Shown piece after piece: positions 36,001 to 47,600 of a stretch of DNA of 64,000 bases. Below the pieces are notes generated by a model, which worked only from the letters and a program-made list of their open reading frames with translations, was not told where the DNA came from and searched no databases. The translations under genes were made by a program, and so were the position numbers. The stretch's first letter is position 1. Every line of letters starts with the position of its first letter. This DNA comes from Macrostomum lignano (lineage: Eukaryota): NCBI GenBank assembly GCA_002269645.1, contig NIVC01002034.1, positions 62,001-126,000 on the forward strand, written 5' to 3'.

Positions 36001-39000
36001 TCAGATATAATTGTTTACTTTGTCTTAATATAAATTTACTAATTCCAGGCCTCGTGCCTTTGAGCTTCTTCTCAGAGCCCTGCTTCCACCAGCTCACAGC
36101 ACCGTTACCTGAGCAGCTGCAGCTGGTGCTCTCACCCAACAGTCACATGGCAGGGTCAGCAACCGACAAGATGCAGTTCAGCAGCCGACGTCGACAGCCG
36201 ATGCTGAGTCTGGCGGTGGACGCTGAGCTTAAGTCACGACTAAAGGAGTGCTCCATCGCCCTCCTGGTCTCGCGGGCCGCCCTGCACTACCGAATGCAGC
36301 CCAGGCAGCAATTCTGGTTGAGCCAGCTAATGAACATGTTCGAACTGCTGGACTACCCCATCGAGGGCTACAGTGCGCCCCTGGTTCGCACTACCCTGCA
36401 TGTGAGCTTCAGTGACATCGCGCTGAACTATCGGTGAGTTATCTTTGCAACATTGACCAGTTGCGCCTCGAAATAATCTATTTTTTTAGTAGCTTTGAGA
36501 GTAGGCTGGGCTCATCGTGTTTCCGTCCTGTTCCCACGATGTGAAGATTGAATTTGCTCACGGCTAGCAATTGATCCGCACCTGCAGGCCAACCAAGCTG
36601 CAGATCGGATCAATTCTGACTGTCCGCAACGCCTACATCAGCAGCACTGTGCAGCTGGAGGCCAACAGCAGCGCCTGCGACTTCCTCTTTGAAAATGCTG
36701 ACCTCTACTTGACAGATCGGGCCGGCTCCGCCAAGTGGAAGCGAGGTATTCATTTACCTAAATTAGATCTTATTATGCGCGTGGAATGAGTGCTGATCAG
36801 ACTGTTACTTCTCAAAGAATTTTGAGACGAGAATAAGGTGCAAATTTTCCCTATCTACTATTCAATAGCAAACGAGCATTATCCTGTCTGATTTCAGACT
36901 ATGCTCACGTTGCCGGCTTTGAAGTTCTGGAATTACATGTTGGAATGAACGATTCCACTGGTGTCTTGGTAAGGATTTTTAATGCACATTGCTTTGCTCC
37001 CATTTAACTGATGAGTATTGACGAATCACATTATACACCTGCTCGCAATCTACACTGAATATCGCATATTTTCAATTGCTTGCTCCACAGCGAAAACCAA
37101 AGTTCATTCTGAACTGCTCCAGCCGTGGGCTGCAGTTTCATCTGTGCTCAGACAGTCTGCAGGCACTGCTATCCTTAATGTCTCACCTGGCCAACGAAGG
37201 TGACCTCACCACTAGCAGTGGAGAACCTGGTGATTCAGCGGACGAGTCAAGCTGCAGCTCATCCTCTTTGCTGCAGAAGCGGCAGCAGCCAGAATGTAAC
37301 AACAGCGCACTCAGTAGCTCCGTGATGTCGAGCATTCCCATGCAACTTCAAGAGGCTCTAAGCGATGCTGGATCCCGAGCTGGCGAGGCTGATGAGCACG
37401 TTGTAGAGTCCCAGGATGACCTGGGATTCACCATTGTTGATGAGCCTGGCCTCGGACTCAGCGTTCGCAACGGCGACTTTGAGGTGAAGAAAATATGTCG
37501 GCAGCCAATCAGAATCGATGACCATTTTTATCCGGTTCCTGCTGGCCGGGCTGACAAACTTAAGGAGCCAAAGCAGCTGGGGATTCCGCTGGACCAGGTC
37601 ACCCTTAGAGACATCAGCTTTAGTGTTTCTCTGTACGGCGGGCTGGACTTTCGCGCAACTACCTCAAACAGCGTCACTCTCGCGCTTGTAAGTGCTGAAA
37701 GCATTTGGGACTTTACTACATAGTACTTTGCTTAGCATTTTTATAAAATGAAGTTTTTGTCTATCAGCACTAGTAAATTAATGTTAGTAGCATTGTCTTA
37801 TCTTCAGAGCTCGGCTTCATACTCAGCGCGCCAGCTGCCGACTTCCAGTAAACAGCAATCTGCCTGTGGCCGCCGCTCAGACCAGTGCATGCAGCTGCAA
37901 GTTAAAAAGCTGTCTGTCCGCCACTCACGATTCCCCGATGACTCGCAAACTCTGCAGCGACAGGTGGTAATTATAGAGGATTTAGAGATTCTGGACAAAG
38001 TGGCCACCTCCCCTATTAACAGCTTTCTGTACCGCCACACGTCCGAGCTCATGCCCAGGCAGACCTACACCCCTATGCTGTCGCTTAAGCTGTCGCACCA
38101 GAAATCTGAGTCGGCCGCACACAAGGCCGAGTGCTTACTGATGGTCTCGCTGCAGCCAGTGCGGCTTATCGTGGACCAGGACGCCTTCTACTTTCTCAAG
38201 GCTTTCTTTGCGGAGGTAAGCCACCGTTTCCATAGTTAAACAGTTCTTGCATGGTTTTTCTTACGATGACTCAAATTTTTGCGACTTAAAGTAATTCTTG
38301 TAATGTTTAAAGAGATTGTCAAAAGGCATCTGCTGTCCCCTCGCACACTAAGGTTTCTCAACGCTTGTCGCCAGCGCAGCCGGCACAAACGGAACCAAAC
38401 GACGCTTGCTCCATCTCAGCAGGCGCTGTCGGCGATGCTAAGTCTGAAGATTCCTTTGAGTCGACAGGGGAGGCTGCTGATGCAGCTGATTCAGAAGCGG
38501 CTGTGATGGAGACCAGTAGACAAATCAATCTGCTGTTCGATGAACTGGCTGAAGGCTCCATCGTGGCTCAGCGGGAGTCTGAGCAGCAGCATCAGCAGCC
38601 GCTGTCCTTGCAGTCACAACAAAATCAGCAACAACAGCTTTACTTCCGCTGCTTTGTGTTCTCGCCCGAAGTTTTCATCAGGCTGGACTTTAATGGCGGC
38701 CGCTTTAAGCCATCCGAGGGCACGCTGGGCGGCATCGCGCTAGGTCTCCTTCATCTCAATGATGTGGAGCTCCGCTTGAAGCGGCTGGAGCACCGCGGCG
38801 GACTGCTGGGCATCGATCGGCTGTGCACCTACGCCCTCGGGGAGTGGGTCCTCGACCTGCGGGATAAGCAGAAAGGCCAGGTAGTGCGAGGCCTGGGGCC
38901 AGCCAGGGTGTTTCTGCAGCTTCTGACTGGCCTGCGAGACCTCGTGTGGCTGCCTGTGGACTCGTGGATGCGGCACGGCTTGCTGCTGCGAGGCCTGCAG

Positions 39001-39435
39001 CGCGGCGCGAACTCTTTTGCTAGCAGCAGCGGTGCCGCTTTGCTCGATCTGACTGGCCGCATCTTGGGCGGCTTGCAGGCTGCTGCTGCGCTCAGCCAAG
39101 ATGTCCTCAGCCCGCTGCCCCTGACCGAGCGGAGACGGCAGCGGCGAATACGCGCTGTCTCGCGCGGTGCCAGTGCCCGAGGCGACTTCCGTGACGCCTG
39201 TGCCGGGGCCGTCCGCGTCATCCGGGAAACTGCCAGCGACACCGCAGACGAAATGCGAGCGGCTGCCACGGAAGGTGGCGTTGTCGGCATGATCAGGCAG
39301 CTGCCGGGAGCCGCCATCGGCCCGGTAGTGGCTCTGACTGGCGCTGGGCACTGCCTGACTACTGGAGCCTTCAATCACCTGCAGCCCAGCGCTCTGGCTG
39401 ACGAGCGCCACAAGTGGAAAGGCGGAAGTGTTTGA
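12025..39435 (+). CDS. ATG2: Autophagy-related protein 2 (lipid-transfer protein), 13 coding exons, about 1995 aa
   Basis: GT-AG exons with consistent phases: 12025-12198, 23407-24893, 27404-27581, 33757-33834, 34277-34420, 34632-35589, 35675-35968, 36049-36433, 36588-36745, 36898-36968, 37091-37687, 37808-38215, 38380-39435 (5988 nt). Chorein-N region KRVCRYLLQHYLG..ISLDQL..ELDVQ|SLNEV..IPLE, central LRLYFPVPDLR and FLYRHTSELMPR, and C-terminal LRDLVWLPV...RGLQRGANSF. The small exons 4-5 and the last acceptor are less certain. Confidence 0.95.
12300..12545 (+). repeat. Dispersed diverged repeat (probable MITE remnant); second copy at about 21195-21425
   Basis: About 220 bp of alignable similarity by eye (gcaag.agttatcta.taatgaa ... 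ataccattgc.agatccatagcca.tagaaaatgg). Confidence 0.55.
13158..14412. mobile_element. Non-autonomous hAT element (MITE)
   Basis: TIR CAGTGTTGGGCA / CAGTGTTAGGCA. Exact 8-bp TSD CTTATTCC at 13150-13157 and 14413-14420. Many subterminal GTAAC/GTTAC motifs. Confidence 0.9.
13689..13982. mobile_element. Second hAT MITE nested in the first
   Basis: Exact 8-bp TSD AGTGGACT at 13681-13688 and 13983-13990. Inverted TGTAGCCAGG/CCTGGCTACA near the ends. Confidence 0.8.
15571..18850 (-). pseudogene. LINE ORF2 (AP endonuclease plus RT), disrupted
   Basis: ORF fragments 18429-18806 and 15571-16578. The catalytic motif has drifted to FADN and there is a nonsense codon in GVxQG. Confidence 0.85.
19000..19887 (-). 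pseudogene. LINE ORF1: PHD finger, coiled coil and RRM-like region, frameshifted at about 19435
   Basis: CHAC...CESCHRWCHQAC...WTCRNC (C4HC3), then a heptad-rich segment, then NNIIIFGLQE and RPLVVRL after the shift. Confidence 0.85.
20340..20515 (-). mobile_element. Penelope-like element RT C-terminal fragment
   Basis: FTVEHAVDQRLPFLDIDIDYSKRTLSTKVF resembles the PLE motif FTxE....LPFLDxxI....L.T.VYxKPT. Confidence 0.6.
22600..22896 (-). mobile_element. Old Gypsy-type RT fragment
   Basis: DLFVKLVGGCKWSKLDMLNAFLQL resembles the Gypsy RT motif EDLF..L.GG..FSKLDL..AY.Q. Confidence 0.55.
25487..27145. repeat. Tandem satellite, 71/73-bp unit, 23 copies, in ATG2 intron 2
   Basis: Unit GTTCCACAAGTGCTTGTTCCCGGTTGTTAAAGTTAAGT(GT)ACGTACACTTTAAAGTCGGACGCATATGTTAGT. 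Unit starts counted from 25487 to 27073. Confidence 0.97.
28362..29110 (+). mobile_element. tRNA-derived SINE (host copy), head split by the insertion at 28407-28766
   Basis: Head GGGGGCGTAGCCTAGT... continues after the insertion with a B-box-like AGCTCGATTCT. The body is homologous to the inserted copy. The 3' end is approximate. Confidence 0.7.
28407..28766 (-). mobile_element. tRNA-derived SINE, inserted copy of the same family
   Basis: Minus strand: GGGGGCCGTAGCCCAGCGG (A box) ... GGCTCGATTCC (B box) ... AATAAAAAAAAA tail. 13-bp TSD GCACTCTTATGTT at 28394-28406 and 28767-28779. Confidence 0.85.
29304..31352 (-). CDS. Single-exon type-I membrane receptor: signal peptide, LRRNT, LRRs, LRRCT, FN3-like domain, TM helix and Tyr-motif tail; nested antisense in ATG2 intron 3
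   Basis: ORF 29304-31091 has LxxLxLxxNxL repeats, GGNPFYCGCAMQWL (LRRCT), an FN3-like segment and TM AAVIAISVLAAILGIALIFVIVCLVC. Upstream in the same frame, ATG 31352 begins MISLQRSELFVVFCMNMAVALNSA..CSF..ILDCSNKDLSDVP. The linking region needs two compensating indels. Confidence 0.88.
32537..33340 (+). mobile_element. Internally deleted hAT-like DNA transposon
   Basis: Perfect inverted termini CAGGGTGTCGACG, flanked on both sides by CAGCTG. Internal transposase remnants LVQVGMDGPSVNLK and SHGQASVENGFSIN...ENL. Confidence 0.75.
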
Positions 39436-40959
39436 TGGTATTTTGAGTTTCTGAACTCTGCTCCTCATGTGTAAAACTTTGATAAAAAACGCTGTTGATC
39501 TTTTAATTTGATCTGTTTTTTTACTTGGTGAGCCTCACACTCTGGTGCGAAATGCTGTACTTAATGCTTTTCGAGCGGTAGTGAGTCTAAAGGACCTGCT
39601 GCTGCTGTTCTGCGGCCAGTACAAACTATTTTCGGTCATCAACTTAATCATCTTTCAGCCAATAGTGTAAATTTAGATTGCTCACAATGATGTCAAAAAC
39701 CGATGTAAAGGGGACTTAAGGCCTGCGTTGGCTTTTAGAAATAGCTGTTACTTACTGAATGATTTCGTTAGTCTGCAATGTATAGATTCATCGGATGTGT
39801 TATGCTTATGTGAGCAGTAATAAATGCGCGCTATTTATTAAGACAAAGCAGGTGCTCGGGGTGCAAAACTCTGTCGCAGCAAATACCCCTTTTATCCATC
39901 TCATTTCATTGTTTGAGCTGTCGGGCTTGTTTTTTAATCAAGTAGCTCGTACCAATTAAGTGGTACAAACCAAGAATTCTGCAGGTGCAAGCAGAAACTC
40001 TTTGAAACTCTTAGAAATTGTTTTTTTGTCTTCAGTTTTTGTAGCTAATGTTGTACTTTCTGGGTGTAAGTAATACTTTCGAATGTTAACTAATGTTTTC
40101 AGTTCATAATTTTTAATATGAAAACTAGTTCTTCAGGTTTACGTTTCAAGTTTAATGAACTTGAGCTTGGCGTCTGCGCTGGGCTGGGTAAACAGTGGGT
40201 GTAAAATATTGGCTTTTTGGGGTGCATTAACTACAGATTTTTTAATTAAATGATTTTAATAAAAGGAACAATGCTCGTAAAAAACTTCCTACATGTACGT
40301 AAATTGCATGTAGTTCATTCAAGCCGCATGTTGTAAGTTTTATCTTTTCATAATGTACAGTCTTGTAGTGTGGCCATGCCATCCAAATATTTATTGTGAC
40401 AGCTGGCATTCGGCGTTTGATACCTCATTCTCCGTGACCAGCATATTTTATCCAGGAGTCCGCGCCGGGTTAAACTGTAATATATCTCCTGGCTTTCCGC
40501 TCTTACTAACACTATATATCCACATATATACTAAATAACTTACTACTGCTCGTAATTCCATGCTTTAGATTCATATCGGATTTACATCAACGTATTAATT
40601 CATCCTCGGTTATCAGGCGCTCGCTCTAACGTATTGCTCTTGCTCTAATTGCTGACAGTTTCGATTCAGACGATTTTGATTCTCAACTTTGATTGTCTTG
40701 TCAACGTTTCACTCGCAAATTTTTTTTGTCTTTCGCGCAAAATTTCCTTTCAGTTTTCAGTTTTAGCTAACTACCCCTATTTTTCAATGGCGTCATCATT
40801 GTAAAATATGTTCAGACAGTTTAATTTTCTCCGCAGTAATTATACTGAGACTAATGAATTTTTCATTTGTAAGCAAAGTGATCGATTTAGTTGTTTTTTT
40901 CTGTAGATTGAGTCCAACGTTGCTAATCCTAACTGATGAAGCATTTCAAACAACATTCT

Positions 40960-41405
40960 TGCATCTCTGACGTATTCTTTCCTATATTGATACCCATTAA
41001 AGTAGATGACTTCAAGGTCGATTGCTTTCCAGAGGAACATCTGCATCCTTGCCTTCAGTTTTGCATGTATGAATTAATTGCTCTTCCAGCACTTTGGCGA
41101 TAGTAGAGACGGACACAGGGCGGCTTCCCAGGCCATCTCTGGTCCAGCTTCGGCCAGTCACAAACTGCCTCTCGGATAGGATCTGGCCAACATTTCAGCG
41201 TCCGTCTTTACATGCCTTCTTCCGCCAACCTCAGATTGGCAGTACGGGCTTCTCAAACGCAGATAGCGATAATCAATTTTTCTGTTGATATCTTGATGTT
41301 TAGAATGCTTCCCAGCACTTTCCAGTATTCGCCAGCTTCAAAAGCATCAACTAGCCGTTGTCGATCTGTATTTGTCGTTCGGTTTTTACGGTCTTGCTGA
41401 GCCAT
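40960..41405 (-). mobile_element. Degenerate IS630/Tc1/mariner-like transposase N-terminal remnant
   Basis: MAQQDRKNRTTNTDRQRLVDAFEAGEYWKVLGSILNIKIST (HTH), then GGRRHVK and VSTIAKVL in shifted frames. TIRs were not found. Confidence 0.55.
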
Positions 41406-44400
41406 ACATGTATTGCAGCATGTGGGTTAAGTTTTCTGTCAAGTAACAAATATAAGCGTGCGACTATACGTACGAGCGTATATGAGAAACTTGAGTGTCA
41501 TTTTGCAAAGCGAGTCAAAATAACTGTTAGATCATACAAGTCGCTAAGTTTTAGCTGTGACGCAAATTTGAGTGCAAAAATGATGGCGTTTGAGTTTTTT
41601 TTATAGAAACTGCATATGAAATAGCTGAACTGTTCGCTAGATTCAATTTTGATTTCCAAATTTACGAATAAATGTGTAGAAGCAGTAATGCTGCACACGA
41701 TACTGACTGTAAGTATGATGAATTAAAATTGTTGGAAGAATATGTAATGCGTAAAATTGTTTGGACGTTTATACAACTGATTATGCGACAAAAATTGATT
41801 GCAAGGCCGATCGAGCCATATTGGTGAGAAAATTGACGTATGTACAGCACACTAATGACCGAGTATATTCCATCCCGTAGGAAAATAAACGTCAACAAAA
41901 AGATAAAACATGACGTTTATTTTCCTACTATTTGTTAGACGAGCTACACTTCCACAATGCCATCCCGCATCTGAGGTATATAGCGCTAGAGAGCCCAGTC
42001 GCAAATCGCGCAGCCACATATGGTAGAAGATTTATAGAAGCAAAAGGTGCAACACCGACAGGAAATAGATCTGCAGACCGCCGCCACAGCTGCAGATGTC
42101 GACCCGATTTAAGCACTTTTTGTCCGCTTTCAGTCGTGCTGCGGTCGGCTTGAAGCCCTCTGCTCACTCCCAACTTAATTGTGGGTGGTAGGCGGGAGAA
42201 TATGGCTTGTCTGAAGCACGATCGCAATGGTGTCACGGCGAGGAGCGATGCACTCAGCCTCGACAGCATCTCAGCACTGGGAAAAATCCACTACGCCAAA
42301 AAATGTATAGCTGCTGAAGCCCAAGATCATCATCTCTTTCTCTTAAAAGAAGCGATGGAACTATCGGTGTACGGCAGTTTGCTTAACTTCAGTTTAAGGG
42401 ATGCGTATTGACTAGCTCATGAAAGCAGACCAGTACGATTGGAATTCATCCTACAGTAGTACATGTACATGTACGATGTGATCAGGGCATGGGTCGGATA
42501 CAGCACGAATTAATGGCAGCTAGAGACTGGGGGCAGCCCAGACCTCAATTTTATAATAAGCACCTGACCGCGTCCAAAAACTGGCAAAAAACAAGCATGA
42601 AGAAGTCTACATGTACATGCAGGAAACAAACAGCCTGGGGCCAGACGATTTGCGGCCTTTAATTCAAAAGCAGCCGCGGAATGCCAGAGGCAGCCCTATA
42701 CAATTTCGCACACGTTTGCCGAATTTTCGAGGCTCAGCACACGGCCCGTCATCACAGCGAGGGCTCGGGTCCTAAAAACTGATAAGACGCCGTTTCGCCC
42801 TTTGTCCCCCTGCCATCTCATTTGCCGTTTCCCCCAGCGCCTCATCTACCGCTTTATTTTCTCCCGTCTTCCTTGCTTGTCATCTGTTAATGCATGCCGA
42901 CTTAACTGCTTCCAAATCACCTAACTTGTCAACCCGGCCGCCAGTCCATGCAGCCATTATTAGCCCCAGCACTGACCCCGCCGCCAGCTCTGGCTTGCAT
43001 CATGGTTGCTTAATTTCTTTATCAGCTTGGGAGTTGTGCTGACCGAAGCTGTTTGACTGTGCGAATACAAAGTTTCTCTGTGTTGGACTGCGCCATAGAA
43101 ATTCCTTTCTCAACGAGCCAGCTCAATCAGCCACCCACGGAAGTCAGCAACTACGAATCCGCTCTTTGCAAGGGAACCTACCCAGATGGTTGAGTCCCCT
43201 GGGAGGAGGTCGAAACTGGCCGCGCATGTGTGGGCATCAGAGCTGGGTCCCTGCCGAAACCATGCAGACAGCGATCTAGCTCGGAGCCATCAAGAAGAGT
43301 AACAAAGGAATAATCTACATGTAATCCACGCTGCGTCCTTACCCATCAGAGACGGCATCAACGACAACTGCTGCACGTACATGTATAGCGCCAAAGAAAG
43401 CGGTATGCCGTCCTTCGATCAGAATGTCTAATATAGCTTAGCAAACAGCTGGATTTTGCTGCATTGTAAGCCGCTATACGTCTATACGGAGAATCGTAGT
43501 AGAATGTAGTAGATTTATCGAATAGATTACTAGCTTGTAGTAGGTCGCTACCATCATACCGCGGTAATTTGCGGAGGAAAAGTTTTGAGACTGTATTAGC
43601 TAGAATTACCTGGGAACTCGATCTTTTACATGTAGATGGCTTAATTTCTAAGGATCGGATAAGCGAACAAAACAGCTTAAGATAAGGGTTTGTTTTAACG
43701 ATATAATAGCTTAATAATTTAAAATGAATTACTACGCGCCGTTAGAGTCGGGAAGCTGGGAGCTGGTTGGGATTCGGTTAATTCGGCGCGGGCTTGCAGG
43801 TACATGTAGGACGTGTATGTATGTATGTATGTATGGACCTCGGGTATTGGAATTAAAAGACTAGGGTTGAGTTAGTATTTAGTTTCCAGAACGGGCGAGC
43901 GTAGACTCTTAAATAGACTTTCAAGAGCCACCTGATGGGAAATGAGTCCTGGAGTTGCTCCCGGGTAGAAGTTACACGCAGTGGAAAGAAGGGTTTTTAC
44001 CGGGTGGTGACGATTAACACCGGGTGGAAACCTATGGAATTACATTAAAACGAAAAAATGGGAGTGGGGGCCTACATACGGTTACACTGGGTGTAAAAGA
44101 GATTTTCCACGCAGGAAAAATATGACGTATTTGCGTATAGTTGCAAAGATTACACTAATGGGTGGGTTTACACTGTGGGAGGCTTCGAACATATATGGGT
44201 TTGATACGTAACAGGTACATTATCATTAAATAACCACTTATTACAAACCTGCACGGGCCATCAATCAATAAATTAAATTAATCAGTTATTTCTCAGAGTT
44301 CTACCTAGTTATAGCTATAGCCATTGGCCGTTTAGCCTTAGCCTATTCTATATCTATATATCTAGGCTAGTATTATCGTGTGCATCACAGACTCAGAACA

Positions 44401-44698
44401 GAAGTAGGCCTGCCCTAGGCTATCCAAAAAGCAAGGCCTAACAAAAAACGATTGAAAAGCTTTATATTTGCTTGTTGTAGGCCTATAAGTGTAATGTCAT
44501 TATTGGCAGGATTTGTACTAAGCCTAGTAGCGGCAAGTAGCCTTCCTTGACTTACTAATCCATTTAGGTTGGCACTAAGCAGCTAAGCCTAGGCCTAATA
44601 AGGACAAAGGTTTAGGTCCCCAGTTATATTCATTGTGCCAGTAGCATAGTGCATAGCCTACTGAAAATTATACTTTGATTAAGGCTAAGTTTTAAACA

Positions 44699-47600
44699 AT
44701 GGATTTCAATCCTAACTGGAATTTTAAAACCTTTTCAAGTTTAAGCTTCATGCATATCCAGCCACCAAAGACAAAGGTAATTAATTAAATTGAACTAATT
44801 CAACAAATCTCATATAAGTTCTTGTTTAGGGTTTGTTTTCATCATTGTCTGCTGTATTTTAAATTTTGTATATCCTAAGGCCTAAATATAACCATGGCAT
44901 TATGTGTTGAATAGCCTATCTAATCTAGTTATTCTAAATCTAACTAATAATAGTGGTTTAGATTGAGATAGGCCTAACAAAAAACTGTTATTTTTTCATT
45001 AAAAAACTTATAGAAATTGTGATATATAAAAAAAGTATAGCTTATATTTTAAAATTAAACAAAAGTAAAAAAGTTCTAGTATAAAATTAAAAGTTCATAA
45101 TAATAGGCATATGCAAAGCCAATAATTAACAGTATTTAAAGTTCAGTATATAAAATATAAAAAAGATAAAAATATATATTTAAAATAGAAATCTATTATC
45201 TAACTATTTTTAATAATTAAAATTAAATAGGGATATTTAATAACTATTCAATATATAAATATAATTTTCTTTGTTTAAAATAAAAGCTTTTACATTATCT
45301 ATATGTCCTACAACCTAAGGCCTAAGCCTATAGCTATGGGTTGATTCTGCTTTATAGAATAATTCCATGGCTGCCACATTTAGTGATGGATTGAAATTTT
45401 TTTATATCAAAATCAAAATCAAAATTTTTGGTACTTTGGAATTGAAATCAAAATCATAAAATATAAAATCATAAAATCATAATTCAATTGCCATTGGACA
45501 AAAAATAAGTGTTTTTTTGTTTGAAACATATTTGAAAAGAGTTTAATAGTTCATTATATGTTCAAGCTTGCTTCAATGAAAAGTAGATGGTCGGCCGTTT
45601 CTGGTTGAAGATAGTTGTGCTTGTCAGTTAGCATTAGCGATTCTACACTAAATAAGCACTCTAAATTAGCACTACTTGGCTACACTGCTAGAAGTTAGGA
45701 GGTGGCATGTGCCAGTCGTGGGAACCATTGACTATTGCAATCCTACTAGTGCAGTATACTCTGTATGTGTAGTTTAGCCATCTTTGGCCTTGGCATTGGA
45801 GTGCTATCAGCCAGGTACTCAGTTAGCTCTGTTTCCACCGCGTTAGCTCCTCTTGGAAATGCTATGCTACTGCAGGTTTGGGGCTAGACTGGCCACCACT
45901 CATCCAACTCAGCTAAGTCTCAATTTGCTTTTGGAGAGCCTCTGTTAAAATAAATGTATACATACATGTAGTTAAGTTATAATGCATATATATAGGTTGA
46001 TCTGGCAATAGCTTTGCATGCTAGTGTGTGCTAATTTCTTGGCCTGCCCCTCCCCCCACTTTTTGAAACAAATTCCTATGCCTAAGTCTTTAAGGATCAA
46101 AACCCAGACAGACTGAAATATCTAATTACCTTGAATCTGTGACATTGTAGTCATCAGCAGTGGAATTTCTAACTGTTTCTTTATCGGCTAGTGCAGAAGT
46201 GATGCTAATCTGTTGAAGCACTACCTGATTAGAGATGTTCCAAAAGCAAATTTTCTGTCAAAATCGAAATCGAAATTCGCTACTTTCCGAAATTGAAATC
46301 AAAATCGAAATTTTCCGAAATCGAAATTCAGAAAAACAAAGTTTAGTACAACCAACACTCACTTTTTGACTTTCGATTTACTGCTCATGCAAAACAAGAT
46401 ACATGTATGTTTAGCAGAAGTTAGTTTATTTTCAGCCACTAAATAAGTAGAATCCCTCATTGCCACTTTTAAATGCAAAAAAATTTTTCGACGCGAAAAC
46501 TACATATACTTAGTTGTACATGTATAAAATTTACAGTTAAAATGTACATGTATCACTGCATGACTAGCAATAACTGAGATCGTGTAAATGATAATGCATG
46601 TACATGTACGGTAAATGTACATATATACACTGTTATATGCAAAAAATATGCAATATATCAGCAGATGCTTTTATAGCCTCAAAGTGCAACAAAATTTACG
46701 AAAATTTACTTCCACAAACTACATATGTCCTACATGCATGGAACAGTTTTAACAAATTCAAATAGTTTTATATGTAAAAATCGTAATAATATCACCGATA
46801 AAAGACAGTAAAGAAGTTCTAAAAAACGAAAATCAGACAAAAATTTCGGAAGTAGGCACTTCCGAAATTTTGACTTCCAAATTTTTTTCGAAATCAAAAT
46901 TCGCTCTAAAAAATCCAAATTTCGGAAAATCGAAATCGAAATTTCGGAATATCTCTATACTTGATGCACTTTAGAAACACTGGCGGGGCTGCTATGGAAT
47001 CCTGCATCCTGATAATACAAATCTAGCATAGTGGCTGCAATCAGAATGTTCTCCTTAAAAGCCAGGAGATCACGAAACCAGGTTTTCATAGATAATAGCA
47101 GCTGGTTAGCTAGAGTTTTGACTCCACGTGTGGCATTAGCATAAGCAGTATTTTCTAGAAAGTTGCGCAGGCTCTACACCTGAATAAAGGAGAATATATA
47201 TGTATGAGTATATACATGTACTTATCATAAACATATCATAGCATGCTGCATACCTTATCAATTATTGAATAAATAATTGATTAATTCTGAATTATTACCT
47301 TTAGAAAAACCATGCTGGCTAAGCTAACACTGGAGATGGCAACTGCAATATCCCTAAAAGGCTTCAGGATATAGATTATAGCATCGATAAGATCTTAGTC
47401 TACTCAATTAAGTGCTGCAGGCAAGTGATATCTAGTACTATACATTTGGACAACAAGAGCCTAGTTGCAAAACAACTCGCATGGCAAGCTGGGAATCCCA
47501 GCGTGTCCACACATCTTGAACGAGGCACTTCATTGACTTAGCACCAAGTTCAGTGCAAAGTTCCGTCTACTCTTGATGAGCCTTTGGAGAAGAAAAGTGA

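Noticed and set aside
34658-39468. Long antisense or alternative-frame ORFs (34658-35389, 34859-35362, 38740-39468, 38829-39374)
   Set aside because: Expected shadows of GC-rich ATG2 exons, with no recognisable domains.
41928-42269. 113-aa minus ORF with an N-terminus resembling a mitochondrial targeting peptide (MLSRLSASLLAV...)
   Set aside because: No recognisable downstream domain or supporting exons. It cannot be supported without expression data.
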